Positions 40,001-54,832 are shown, numbered from the stretch's first letter. The stretch is 64,000 nt of DNA from Phoronis australis (GCA_002633005.1 NMRA01000738.1:62001-126000), one strand, 5' to 3'. The notes: generated by a model not told the origin, from the sequence alone. Numbers and translations are program-made.

Positions 40001-43000
40001 TCAGCGTGTTAAGTTCATAGTCTGCCATTATACTAGTAATTAAAATTAAAGTGGCTATGAACTCTCGTTTCTTTGAAAGAATTAAATCTTGGTTTAGACC
40101 ACTTGCCTATTTAAAATTGAACTAAAATAATTGTTCCTTAGATCGGAAATGAATTTGGTCTTTCAAAGAACTGGAATTTTTCTTTGTCTAAAATGAGTTT
40201 TCCCCATAAGTTTGACTTAATGGTTTCCATAGCAATGATACACTTTTGGTTGGTCATTTGTTTTGTAAACACTTCTGAAGTGTGTCAGTCTGAGTTAGAT
40301 TTTTTTCTTGCCCTTTTAAAGTCCTGTTTTTTAGTAAAAGTTTTGATTGCAAGGGTCAATTCACCTTCTTGTGACATATTGTCATATGTTGAAGGCAACT
40401 GTTCTTAACAATTAATACCATGGTTACTATGCTATCCCTCCAATTTCAGACAAAAATTAAAAGACTTGTGTTTTTTGTTCTTCAAAAATTCCTAACATTG
40501 GTGTGAATGTCTACAATTTCCCAAAATTTTGTCTGTTGGTAGCATTTTTGCATTACATAAAACCGATCGAACAATTTATTTAGTATTAACCATTTCACTT
40601 GCTCACCATATTCCATCCTGAATAGATATTCTATAGTTTTTCCAGCATGACAAATGTCATATTTCATTAAACATGTCTTAATCAAATTTACTTAATGGTG
40701 CTTCTACAAAGTTTCAAGTGAACTGGAATTGTAATATCTCCCTTTCTCATCTTTGATTGGTTCACAAAAGCTTGTCTCTAGGCTAGCTAGAATGAGAGCT
40801 AATGAAATGACTTATGGCCTATTAGGGGGCTGGCTGGTAATTGAATGATTTCTAACAATTGGTATCACCTGAGTTAGCACATTTGATTGATGTTCAACAA
40901 GGACCTTATGTGTTATTTGGGCAATTGGGTGGACTGGGATTGAAAATTTTCTCACAAACTTTGTAAGATTCGTGGCCCGTTGGAGAAAAGAGATGTAAAA
41001 ATATGCATCTGCTAGAAAGTACTGATTGGTTAATTATTTGTCAAGGAACGGCAATCTGAAAATGTGCCAGCTGTCTCTAGTGACAGTGCATTACCCTTAT
41101 TCCTTGACACCCTACCCTTGCTGCTCAGCCAGAGCCAGCCTGCTGTTTGTAGTCTTTCCAGATGATAAATAGGGGGACTTTTGGCAATTTTTATTGAGCC
41201 TTCTGTTCTGGTAGTCTACCCAACTGTAAGACAAAATAGTTAGGAATTTGAAGCAATGTGACTATCATGTTTTAGTGGAAAGCATCTGTTGAACATATTT
41301 TATTATTTTTTAACAGTTTTCATTTTCAAACTGGACATTGCTTTTTCTAGTTTTTCTTGTTTTTCTTGTCCTTCACCAGTCTGATCTGAGAGAGAAATCA
41401 TGTACAAATGATTCATTGACCTGACTTTCTACTACTAATGCATTGATTGTCCTCAAAATACCAGTTACTAATGATCATTGCCGGGGGCCAGTACTTGTTT
41501 TTGCCCATTTATGAACACTCGGGAGGGTATCTAAATGAACTCCCGACTTGATATTGCGTAGTTGTATTTGATTTTATCCGCTACTCCATGACACATGGTC
41601 CTGAATTTTGATTATGAGACTCTGTTACAGGGATGTGAAAAGCTTGGTTAGACAATAAGTTAGAAGCAAATTTCCTCCAGTTATGGTAGAAAAAAGGCTT
41701 ATGTTTTTAGAAAAAAATTCTCAAGTCTTGAGTATTACTTTGGGTCAGCTATTAGTTTTGATAAAGTTTGCATTTTGTTTTGTTATCTAACTCCATATGA
41801 CACTGTTTGATGACAAATAATTAATCTCTTCCTGCTGGATATCGCCATGTTTAAACTTACACACATAAATACAAGTCTTACCCATGTATCTTCTGAAGAA
41901 TGTGAACTGACACATTAGGGATAATATCTTCGGAAATATAATTACTATAATTATTGTTTTTTCTCATCTTAAAGCTTCTAACTTTGCTCACAATTTTCGC
42001 AATATTGTAGAATTTGATGTTGGTTTAAAATGTTACTTTGGGGTCGTCTTTTATGGGAAAACGAAAAAATGAAATTTCAATCATATGTGTTAAAGTGTTC
42101 ACAATAGTCACAATATTTTACCAGATTCATGCATATTTTTTATTAGCTTGACATTGTCTTCAATGTGACCGAGCAGGTGCGACTTCACCGACTTCGTGTT
42201 TATTTTTTGACCTCTGTATTTGTTGTTCAGGATTCTTTGAAGTTGCTCAGCTGACTCAGCTTGTCAAATGAATAGATGAAACCAAAGAATGACTTATACC
42301 AGTACACTCACAATTTTCTGTATTTTCTTTTTATGCACAATTTTCTATATTTTCTGTGATAAGGCCATTATTTCAGATAAAGAATATGACTGGTTATCGT
42401 TTGCACTCATAAAAGCCTTATGGGGTCTTTTGATATGCAGTTTTTTGTTTGTGTTCAAACCTGAAAATAAAATTTTGTGTGGTGAACTGCCCTCAACCTT
42501 ACAATAAGCACTACCTAATGGTTTGGTCCGAGACCACCTGTTCTCATCAGGGGGTGAGTGTAAATATTTGAACTGGTCCCCTGTCTTTCACCTGTTCAGG
42601 TAGGGCTTTTTACTCACTTGTGGTTGCGGACACATAGGATGAAATTTTTGTTCATGGCCTGAATGCAAGAAAAGGGGAATTGTACTCGCAACCAGCTTCA
42701 TTTTGTATTTGTCAACTTCCAGCTATGACAGTTGACACTACCTGAACCTATTCTCGCCAGTGGGGTTGTTGGCGAGGGTTTTACTAAACCCATAATTAAA
42801 CAAAGCTAAATGTGCTATTTCTCAAAATTTCGAGAGTGAGTACAAAGTTAAACATTGGCGTTTCAGGAAGAATGAGAACAGAGTGACATTGGTACTAGCC
42901 AAAAGTATTTAGACAAAATGACCATGAATTCTCTGTCATGACAGCTGGGCAGAAGCTTAATTCATGGTCCGAGTAGTCTTCTGTTATAACTGAGATTATG

Positions 43001-46000
43001 AATGTGAATTGACAGGAAAGCTAGTAAGATGACTAAGCTATTCTGTAATTAGAATTGTACTGCCCTTATACTGTAATTTTTACTGATAATGTAATTTGTG
43101 GACATGACGTTGAGACTACTGTTTTGTCAGATCACCTTTGTTTCGTTCTATAAATACTCGTTTCTGGCTGCACTGCATGAGTTACAATGGCTTTTATCTA
43201 TTTTACTTATTGATGATGTGACTGTCTTAATTAACACAGCTGAGTTTTAAAATGTCTGTGATGGACACATTTTTAACCACAGACCAGCCTGTATTATCTC
43301 CTAATTCTACCCAGGACAGTTGTCAGAACGATATTTGCCCACAAATGAACAGCTCTTTAATCCGGAAAGTAATCCCTCTCCAAATTGAAATACAATATTT
43401 ATCCCAATTATTAATAGTTCTTTCTTAACGCACGGCTGACCAATCACAAACCAGTCACAAAAGACTTTAGCAGATCGAATTAAGCTCAACTACATATCTA
43501 TCACTTCCAACAATAGAGACCGAGATTCAATTTCCGGAATTACGTGGCGTCTTCATCTTGTCAGCACGTTCCCTTTCTTTTTGCTAATCCCCGTGCTGTT
43601 CAAAATCTCTGAAATCCTGTCTGTTCTGAATAGACCACAGTAATGTTGTGCAGCTCAATATTCTGAACAGTTAATATTCACGCAGACTGTGGTGGTACGG
43701 TTGACTTGAGACCGTGCAATTTGATATAAATTATTTGATATTTGATGTAATGAATGTTTTATCTCATTAACAACTCTGATCTGTTCTGCTAACAACTCAT
43801 TAGAAAATTTGTCACTTTACAAAGCAAGGGTTAATATTGAACTGTGATACAAATTTGTTCACTTTTCTATCTGCTATCAGCGTCAATATCCACTTACAGT
43901 TGTTCTGTATTTTGAGAATCAGTTTGATGCCCGTTATTCAGTGAGTAAAAGTGGTTCCGAAGATGCGGTACTTCAGAAACTAACTAGTGCCCCATCAGGA
44001 TTTGGTTGAATTTTTTAAACCCAGTAGTCTTCACAAACTTCTGTTGGTAATATCAGACCAATTTTCTTGCAAAATAATTACTCTGGTTTGACAGCCATGT
44101 TCGACTTAACGTCCACTCTTCAAATTTCCTAAGTTTCACTTTTAAATCCTCAACATCGCAGTGGCCAGATTTATATGATGAATACTCCTTTGAAAAGTGC
44201 TAGTGTCTGAATGCTGTTGTCTCTCGACATTTTTAGCTCCCAAAATGTACCTTTGGGTCTGTTTTAGTAACAATGCACTTTTCCATAATGTGAATGGAGA
44301 TGCCCACTTTTACTGCTAAAGATGGGAAATGGTTCTATTGGGTCATGTACAATATTATCTTCTTGTACACGTATACAAATAATGGTATTTTTTGTTAAGC
44401 AACTTTTTTCCCCACCCGAATTATTAAATTTCCAATTTCAAGCGCCAACCTTCTTCATTGTTGGGAATGTCCGTAAGTTTTCAAAAGATTGTATGCTGGT
44501 TGCTGTGGTATCGAACTTTAAAATCGTGCTAGGACCTGTCATGAAATAGTAAAAGCATAAAAGTCTACTTGCCTGCTCTATTACGCCCTAAGTTGGTGAT
44601 GTTACTGAGGATCTCCATTTTGTTTTTTATGAATTTAGATTAAGCTGATGATTAATGATTGTCAGTGTGACACCAGTCTGATCTTCATTCTTAGCGTCAT
44701 TCATGCAAAACTTCTCGATCAGTAATAAGAAATGATAAATTATCACGATTGATGACAAACCTTGTATAAGAAATTATCTCAACACTTAGAGTGAATTCTT
44801 ATCAACCATTCATGTCATATCATCGGTGTCATTTGTATGAATTCATAAAAATCTTTTACAATAAATTAGGATCAACCAAAATTGCCTCCCAAGTTGCCAC
44901 TTCAATAAATCAGTAGTTAAGAATTTTGTTTCCAATGTCAAATTCGTTTCTGAGCTCTGTAAAAAAGTAGAGAGCAATTCTTGTTAACAAGATATGCTAT
45001 TCAGTACTTTGTGTTTTGACATCCATAATAGCTGAGAGAAAGTGTTTTGTACTTTTACAGTTTCTTGTTTCAGTTTCAAACTAACCTTCAGTAAATGAAT
45101 CCCTTGTTTACTACTAAATTGTTTTTCATCAACATAATCTCTCCAATCTTCATTTTGGAAACAGTTGCAAATGTCAGATGTGGCACAAAAATATCTTGCA
45201 TTAGGATCTTATGGCAATGCCATTTATTTGAAGTGTTTATGTGTTTATGTGTTTAGCAAGATGACCTTGCAGCCTTGACCTTTGCAGCAGTGAAACTATG
45301 GCAGGAAATGACAAGTAAATATCCTTTGTCTATGATCATACCCTGACTGTTCAAAAACTGCATTGACAGTCATGTATATTGCCACAATAATCTGTTGGTG
45401 TCTGTGGGCCATCTGTCAGAAAACCTCACCATTATAATTAATGAGCCATGCAGCAAATAGGCAGTGATCTGGCAACAGAAAATATTGTTTCATGAGGTGT
45501 GGGCTGAAATTTGAGCAAAACTGTGAAATGGTGTGGAACACTTGATAACTTGTGTGTTTCACATTTACATAGAAAAGTGTCTTCCAATCATAAGCGTGTG
45601 CAATCTCCTTCATTTTCTACAATGTATAGCTGTTGGTTTTGGACATCTTTTAAAGCTCACGGATAAACTTGCTTAATTGATAGAATAGTGGTCTTTCTTT
45701 AAAGTCCTTGTTGCAAACTGCCCATGTGGTTCCAGTATCCGAAAATACTTACTACATAAATTCTTATTTTCGACACCCTTTCTTTATACTCTTTTCGCCT
45801 TTCTTGCCAAAAGCGATTTTGTAACAGTATTTGACCCTTCTCTCTGAGCGTATGATTACCGGTTGCCATCGGTTATTTCCGTACCCACATTTCCGGCTCA
45901 TCAGTTCAGGAACTTGTCCGGAACGCCGCCATTTTTTCCTTGTTACTGAATGTGCTATGGCTTTCTCGAAAAGTCTTCATTATTTTGTTTTATTAGTAAT

Positions 46001-46107
46001 ATATCGTGATTCGTTTGCATATGTAGTGTATTTATAGTTTGTAGTTAGTGGTCGTTGATTTTTTTGGAAAGTTACGCGTATTTAGTATGTTAAAATAGCA
46101 TTGGTGT

Positions 46108-47225
46108 TTAGTTCCTTACGTAGGCCGGTCGAACCTAGGAACCAATATGGGTCGAACCAATTTTTTTTTGGTTTTATTTTTTTCCTCGTTTTGAAAAAGT
46201 ACTTTGCTATCACCGGAAAGGTAGTACATTCTACTCAGTAAAAATCGAAAAAGTATCAAAATCGGGGCAAGCACTGTAAAGTTATTGCAAGTTTTGTGGC
46301 GAAATTTGGGTCACTTTGTTTGGATCGCGTCGGCCATATTGGAGGACAGCGGGATGAGTTACGAGTTTAAAACTTTGTGTAAATTGTTTTCGCCAACAAA
46401 TTACGGTAAAATTTAGTTAGACATATCTTTACTTACTATTCTGCACGATTTAGCAGTGTTCACCAAATTTCAGCCTCGCAGTTGTTACTCATTAAGTGAT
46501 AAATGTGCTCACAATTCCCGTTGGACTTCGATCGTCTCATTTCTGGCGGCGCCTACAATGTCGACTTTTGCTGAACTGAAAGGCATGTTCAATCGGCTAC
46601 TTTGTAATTTGTGAAGATTTAACGTTGATACATTTTGACAAACGTTGCTACAAAAAAGAAACTTTGTTCAATTTTCGTGTTTTTTGTGTTTGTGGCCAGC
46701 AGTGTGACACAGGACTAACCAGCCCGTAATTTCATGCAAGTGTCTGAAACTACCTTTGAATATATGCAGCATTTATCATTTGACCATTTTACTTCGACAA
46801 AACAGCTTGCAACCGCATGCATTTACCGTTCGCCAGTGTCTGGTCTCGATCCGCACCGGGTCCGATAGGCTGCGGTCCCGAGTCTGGCAAAATAATTTCT
46901 GTCAAAATTTATTCGCCACATTTCTTCAGCAAATTCCATAAAATTGTCCGTAGTTTGATTTTATCAAAATTAAGGCGCGCTGTCGATTTTTTTTATCCCC
47001 GTTTGCTGGCTGGTAACAGTACAGGCACTGCTCCAGTCGCACTGACGGCGTTTTCTCGGCCTGGGTTCCTGAATGAATTGTACTTCCGGGTTCGCTGCAA
47101 GTTCAAAATGGCAGTGTTTCTTCGGGTGCGAATCGTGAGTGGCGCGTTCATTTAAACTGTTTTTGAGTACGGATCGTGTATTTGTTATGGGGTAGGTACT
47201 TCTTGGATCCTTATAACATCTTCTA
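46108..47225. mobile_element. Probable non-autonomous element, possibly Helentron/HINE-like
   Basis: CpG-rich block against a CpG-poor background. 5' stem gttcct...aggaac followed by a T-run, and a 3' taggtact resembling the inverted 5' motif. No coding capacity. Confidence 0.4.
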
Positions 47226-49749
47226 ACCATGTAATAAGGGTTAACAACGCGTGAGACAAGGACTTTAAGTAAAATTGTTTTATGTTTTATAAAATGCTTT
47301 TGTTTATTTCATGCATCATGCAAGTGGATCAGTTTTTAAGAAAAACTTGTCATTTGAATGTCACAGTGATTTTCTTGTAAACTTTTTGGTTGGCCTTGAA
47401 ATTGGTAGTTAAGGATTAACTGGACAAGAGCAGCCAATTATTTCTTGGCTTATGATTGCTTGTATTTAGAAACAAGTCGACAGAATGCCTAGCAGTTAGC
47501 CTCAAGCTTATATTCAGATTATACTTCAAATCCCTGTTTTGTTTTTTATTTTAGAACTTTGAACTTTTAGAGCTTTATGCAACTCAAGTAAGAAGAAGGG
47601 ATGTAAATCCAAACTAACACAAGATCATGTAACTGATTGAATACATGTGACAGCAAATTAGTTATGCTGTGAGTGTGATTTTGAAACTCAATGGGGCAGC
47701 CGACCAGTTTAATTAGTCTAACATTGAAAATGTTGCAATGTTTTTGAAAATTTAAGGTTTTTCTTGAAATCAAACATAAAGTAAGCATGAAAGTCAAGGT
47801 GTTTTTGGAAGACATGCAGCACCTGTTCACCTCTTTTTACATGATGTGAGGAAAGTAGTTCTTTTGGCTTGTTTCATTGGCTTTGATCAGCACCACTGCT
47901 GGAGTCCTTGTAGATTTTCTACTGTCCAGCTAATAGCTGATGATGTCAGGCCCTGAATTCCAGTTAACTTTTACCATGGGTACCAGTCGATTGGGTGGAG
48001 GTAAACTTCATGAATCCATGACTTTAGTAAAATCACAAAAAACATTAATTTGTTTTAGAGCTCAGGTCAAAGCTGATAACTTCAATAGGTCTATTTTGTC
48101 CTACAACAATCTCAAAATGCTTTCTCTTCACTAGAAGCAGACTATTTCCCTTTAAACAGCTATCTTTAGCTTGCACACTCCTTAGCATTTTGGTAATGCT
48201 CTGCTTATTTCGCACAAACATTTTTGCTAACATTATTGTTTTTCAATGTTTCAAAGGCTGATTACTGTTTTACAAGTAAGACAAAATTTACCAAAAGTTG
48301 CTTCATGGCAACTACACAGTTCAAACCCCGCTTTTGATAGATTAAAGTTTTCTTAGTGGTTACTTTTGTGGTGAAATTTTGACAAAATAGAATTTCAATT
48401 GTCACCAATATTGTGTGCTAAGAAGTGAGGAATTACCTTAAAGCATACAGGAATATATAGGGGACCCATGACGTTTGTTTATTATGGATACATACTGGTG
48501 ACAATGATGTCTTGACTGGGGTATTGGAAAACATACATGTGTACAAGTGTCTGTAGAAGTTTGCCCGAGGCACCAACAGAGATACAGCTTGGGCTAACAC
48601 TATTGACCAATTCTTTCATAACCATCTGTTTGAAAGTGTGAGCAGTACAGGTCGATATACTAGGTGGAATTTGGTCTTATTCATCTGAAATTCCTGTGAA
48701 ATCTTCTAGAAAACTTGCTTCAGGCGTGTCAGTGAACCCCACGCACAGTGTTTATTCGAGTCATTGGGTCACAAGCCTTTTTGAATATATGGAGATATGA
48801 CTTTGTCCTTTTATTTGCCTTTTGTTGGATGCATTTTTCTGGAAATGGGTTTTCTAGATTTCTAGGTCTAGATTACTTCATATTATTTGGTGGTAGATTT
48901 TCATCCCTGATGTAAGAACAAGTGGGCTAATTGAAAGTTGTATAATTGTCAAAAGAAAGGGGAATAATCCATCTGTCTTCTCTTCACCTCTCCATTAACC
49001 ACATGCTTTACAGCAAATTTCAATTACTCTTCAATGGACTATCACTTGCTCATCACCTCCAAACTGTTTAGACTACATGGACTAGATTTCACAGCACCAC
49101 AGCCATAAAACTCCACTATGGTGACCACATGTTTTAATGTTACATGTACCATCATCATGTCAGATTTCTGTCAACAGCATTCCCCATTGGAGCCAGACCT
49201 ACTTGTCTAGCCTGTCTTGCTGACAGGTCTTAATTTTGTATTCTGCTGTAGAAATTGTTTTTGTGATTGTTTTACCAATCTACACCAACAGGGGTTTCCA
49301 GGATTGAATCTATGACTGGGTAGCCTATTAGTTCTGTGAGTCATTCATACTGCACTTGGGAAACTGACCAGTGTGTGAGATACTTTATTCTTTGTTTTCA
49401 AAAAAGCAACATCATGCATGTTGAAAGCGATTATTGTTTTTACGTTGACTGAATGGAAATTTGTCCGTCCTTTCCATTTTGTGGTTAGAGTCTCATTTTT
49501 AGAATCTATCAGTCGGAAGCTGTTCGGATTCGGAAAATTCGTTCTGAATTGGTCTTGGACGGTCACTGAGCTTTGGCAAGACTGTTCACTTAGATAGTCC
49601 AGTAAGACTGTCCTACTGAGAATGAGGCTGGATGAGTCCTGGATTTTCTGTTTCCCTTGCCAACAGATGGCATTGTCCTGCACTATCAGATGGAGGGGAC
49701 TTTGTCCAGTTAATGTGACTTTTTAAAAAAGTAGCAATATTGGGAGGGT

Positions 49750-49751
49750 TG

Positions 49752-49786
<35 letters not shown>

Positions 49787-49845
49787 GCGCGTGTGTGTGC
49801 GCGTATGTGTGTGTGCATGCGTGCGTGCGGGTGTGTGTGTTTGTG
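49750..49845. repeat. Compound (GT)n/(GC) microsatellite
   Basis: Interrupted gtgtgt run. Explains the CVCV and HTHT ORFs. Confidence 0.95.
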
Positions 49846-52178
49846 TAGCCAAGTGGACTACCTCGTTTATGTGATATTTAAGGTTTTTAATGATATTGCA
49901 GAATTCATTCTTGGAATCAATTTTGGATCTTGTTTTTATGACAATGTCGGCTGCGTGTCGTCGATTTGTTGCAACACTGCTCACGACCACATACTGTTAA
50001 TATCTGACTGTTTTGGACACCAGCTGTATAAAAAATTAAATGTGAGGATTGTACATTGGTTAGTTTGTCTGGCATCTTAGGACAATTAATGGCTACCAGT
50101 TTAATTGACCTGACACTCTAGTCTGGCTCTTGGCAAAATTTGTCTTCATTTGCCAGTGATAAATGACTCTCCTAGGATTAACACATATTATTTGGATTTC
50201 ATGCTTGACCAGTTGTCTTCATTAGTGTGTTCAGTACATGATGGGATAAACATTTTGACTTCTGCTGAATAACAGACTTATGGCATCCTTACACACCAGG
50301 GTCACATAATTAAACACTGCCTACTTGAGGGTGAGTCAGGGGTCAGTTTGGAAAATGTGGACATCTGTCACTGGACCTACTGGGCCTCAAATCTATGGGG
50401 CCCATTTAGAGAACCTGTGGGCCTCTATAGTTCCTTTTGTCACTTATCAATTTGATTTTTTTGGAGTCCGCGTCTTTGTCTCATGGTTTCTGCTATCCCA
50501 GTATGTTAGGTGACTGGACTGATTGGCACTGAGCTTGTTTCGCTCACTAACATAAGTTTTGATCAGCTGATCTACATTATCATGTTACAGTCTGAATGCA
50601 AGGCATATTTTTGTAATATGTCTGCAAGAAAGTGAAATAAGATGCTATAATTGTGCATTATAGTATGTTAAATAAGAAAATGATGGAATGGGATTTCAAT
50701 TGTCAACCATACGTGCATCCTGAAGTTGATGAGATTTTGACGTGGGCTTGTATAAGATTCATTTCTCCGTTTTGTTCCGTTTTTAAAGGATGAAGCTTAC
50801 ATAATATGTAGATGATCTGATGTCGACTGTGATTGGCTGTCGGTCCTACCTTGACGGATTGTCTTGGTCGACTTTAGTCAACTTTTGCTACTCATTTGCA
50901 TGTTAGTTGTGATAACTAATTTGCATAACCCATGTATTGGGCAATACTGGAAAGGTGACTAAGAAATGACACTAACATAGTTTAAAGATGGGTGGCCTAA
51001 CACAATATTTCCAATTTGTTACTAGTGTTCCAAGTCTCAACAAACCATACCAAAATGACAGCCACTCCAGAGATAGGAAGTTTAAACCTTCAATCTCCTC
51101 TATAGTTTATAATCTTCCTTTGCGGCTGTACACTTTACACTGATGCCAATGTATGTAGTTGTTTGGTCTAGCCTCCCATGTCATCCCTGAGACACCAAGT
51201 CTCCATCTCGTTAGAAACAATGTACACTTCATTACAAATCCCCTAATGAGACAGTGCCAGGTTGTTGACTTTGAGTTCCACCAATCAGTTTCAGCTTCTG
51301 TCTCTTTGCTGTGAAATTTCCCATAGTGTGGTATTGCTGTTATAGTTATTTCAACCATGAAATTGGTCTCAAATTGTTCAATTATAAGAATGTAGGGCAT
51401 TTCTGAACTTGAAAAAGAAAACTTACAGTTAGATGTTGCTCAAAACCTGGCGCTGCATGTAGGGTCCGATTTTGCAAATGCTTGCTGACCCAAAATGTAA
51501 CCTCAGGTTGCTGATGGCAGCTTATCTGGGACCCCACATGCCAAAAGCCACCTCAAATCTCAGTTGTTCTGCTCTCCAAATTACACTTCAAGCTGAAAGA
51601 TTTTTAACCACTTCATATGTTTCCAAGAAACTATTTACCGATTTTGAGCTTTTCCAAACATTTAGATACCAATAGCTTTTTGGGAAATAAGGTCACAGAG
51701 GTTGTGTGCAATCAAATACAGACATTCGGTCAAGTCAGAATAGGGGGCCATTGGTCAATAAGAACTTCATACATTTAATGGTGTCCCACCAAATTTGAAT
51801 ATTTTAGTGAATTCATATGTTCATGACCTTTGCAACCAGCTAAATAATCATGGCTGCCAGCATTTTATTCAATCAATCATTGCTGTTCTTGAGGGTATTT
51901 TTATTTTTGTTTGGGTGCGTGCAGTCAGAATAGGAATAAAGCATATTCAATGCAATATTTGAGCTTTATACCCATCTTCTCAGAATTCTACAATGATCTT
52001 ATTTAAAGAAAACAGAATTCCAACCTTGTTAAAATTTCCTCCAAATTTGTTGATTTCAGTTTGCCGTGATCCTGCCTCCAAAATGAGAAACCCGTCAAAC
52101 ATTTGAGAGAATTTTTGATAACCTCAACTGGGCGGCCTCCCGTTTCACCTTACTCACCACTGGAAAATGTGAGGTTGG

Positions 52179-52676
52179 CAGGCCTTTATCCAGGATTTCG
52201 AAAATAGGGTGTCCAAAATGGGGTTCCCAATATTCCAGGGCGTCCATGATTCCGACGCGTAACCCCCCACCACCAGCAATTCCCCCCAAACACGCAGATT
52301 ATTTTTTACAAAAAAATACATAGACCAAGGTTTTTACATCTAAGTTTACAAAACAGCTTTCTGTAGTGAGCATTTTTACTAAAAAAAAAACTGTGCAGAC
52401 CAAGACTTTTACAATGCTATCAACCAAGTGTGAGCATAGCAACATTGTATATACTTTGTATATACATTGTATATTTCTTCCTGCTTTGAAAAAAGAGCCA
52501 CCACTGTGAGTCTGTATAGGCTTCCTAGTAATCATTACAATGTGTGTGTCCAAACTTGAAAGGTTCCTATTGATAGTGGGCGTCCAAATGATACATTGGG
52601 TGTCCTTGCCATGGCTTCCATATTAGTGCTAGGGCGTCCAAATGGACGCCCAGGACTTACGCTGCAGAGAGGCCTG
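52179..52676. mobile_element. hAT-type non-autonomous element, 498 bp
   Basis: TIRs caggcctttatccag / ctgcagagaggcctg. 8-bp flanks gaggttgg / gcggttgg (7 of 8, TSD). Repeated subterminal ggg(c/t)gtcc(aaat) motifs. Confidence 0.8.
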
Positions 52677-54832
52677 GCGGTTGGTCGTGGGTGTCTTCTG
52701 CGTTGCATAAGATTTACGTGGGCCCCATGGTCAGCCCTATTCAGCAAGAGGCCTGCCATCAATCAACAGGTTCTTCATGAAAGAAATTTTTGAGCCACCC
52801 TGACTTTTTAAGAAATGAAGACTTTTCCATTTTCCATGCACTATTGCTCCTTAGCCTATGAAAAGCTGGTCAGAGACTTGCAGATGTTTAGGGTTCATCA
52901 TCAATGCCACTATTGATAGGGTTACTCATATGCCCACTGAAATTTGGATATTTCTAATGCTCAATCTGTTGAGAGTGAAGCTTTTTTGAACCTTTTGATT
53001 TGATCACATTTGGAAAGGTCTCCTTGGTTTCCCAGCAGTAGTTAAAGGATGCCAACTGGGCCGCTGACCGGGGATATGCCCAGCTTTGTACGCCCATTTT
53101 GTACACGCGTAAATTATTTTGGTAGTAGGTTCAGGTGCAAAAAGCAGAACGCTTGCTCCTATTCTTGAAATTTTTTCTGAATTTTTGTTGCCATTGGCTG
53201 CCACTTTTCTTAGTGTCAGGTGCTGCGAAAACCAAGGACTTTCCACTGCATACCATTTTGTCTCCAGCAGAAACTCCCTGTCAGCTTTTTGCAATACCAA
53301 AAATGGCTCATCCTAGAAAGGAAACATTCGAGACAAATTTAACAAGTAAGTTTTCTAGATACATATTTTGGTTTCTTCTACAGAACACAGGTGGCATTGC
53401 CATTCAAGGTACTCTTATGTAAAATATAGTCTTCATACATCACTTGGAGGAATAGTGAAATTTTATTTTCTCATTCAGTCATAGAAGATAACTAGCGCAC
53501 TGTTCAAATTTTGTACCATGCAGCTGCCACCAGACACAATTTGATGAGTGAACTAACAATTTTGACAACAATATGTATCTGAAATTTATGATATTTTGTT
53601 GATATACTGGAGTTCCAAGTAGATCCGTCACTGGGTAGATATTGTTTTGTTTCAGTTGGTGATAATTTTAGTACCCAATAGGGAAATTGGTGATGCATGA
53701 AACTAAATTGTTTTTGTTTTTGGAACTTAAGCACACTTAAAATGGAATCTGCATACTTAAACATTTTTGTTTTTTCTTGAAATTGATAGATTGCCACTTA
53801 TAAAAGCATTGGGGATTATGAGATTCTCAGTGTTTGCATATCAATTAATGCTTTGAAGTAATAAGTAAGTCCACATGTTCCATTGAAAATTAAACTAAAA
53901 TCTCGACATATTGTATGATCCTTTGGTTTTCATAAAAAATAACTAAGACTGAAGTCATATTAATATTGGTCTATGCGACTTTTACAAGCATGCAGCTGGT
54001 TATACCTTGACTACTATAACCCTTGAAATAAATGATTCAGGTAATGAGCCTTAACACTAGGGATTCACTGGTTGTGGTTTGTTTGCTTTTCCTGGACACT
54101 TGTTCTAGACCTACAAAGAGCTTATCACAAGAGCTTGTTAAGTTTCCATTTCACTAATTATGGAGACTCCATTTTCAGAGTGTACCTTAAGTGTCATGGA
54201 GATCTGGTACATTAGGGTATTAGGTGTATGAACACTGTCAGCACTTTGAAATGCCTTTGTAACATGTTGCCACTCTGTGATTAGCTTGATGCAATTTGTC
54301 AGCTTTATAATATAATGACTCTTGTAGTCTTATGTAATAATATCTTGCCTGTGTTGCCATGGTGACGAGAAGCCCTGATTGAATGACATGAAATTAGCTT
54401 TTTCTTTCTTGTTCTGAAATTATCCTGTGTGAATGGAATAGGAATAGTGTGATGTGGTCACTGTTTCCTGAATGCCTTTGAGGATTGTCTGTTAATTAAT
54501 TCTGACCAACTGGTGGGTAGGCATAGGCATAGTTAAACTCTTTCTTTTCTTATGCAAAGTTACTTTCTGGGCAGATCAGTTGGACTTCCAAGTACCTATG
54601 GTTGATGCAATTGGGAGAATCTCATATACAACAAAAGTTACCCAGTGACATCTCACATAATTTGGGAAATATGTAACACAACACTTGTCACTTGCCAAAC
54701 TATATTTGAAAGCAGGGGTCCACTGTAACAAGCTTTTTGGTTGGAGTACAGCAAAGCAGCAATTATAGAAATTTATAAGACTGAAAACCAGCCACAAACC
54801 TCACTACATTAATGCTTTGATCAGCAAGTCTT

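Noticed and set aside
49613-50080. Cys/Val-rich and His/Thr-rich ORFs
   Set aside because: Translations of a (GT)n microsatellite.
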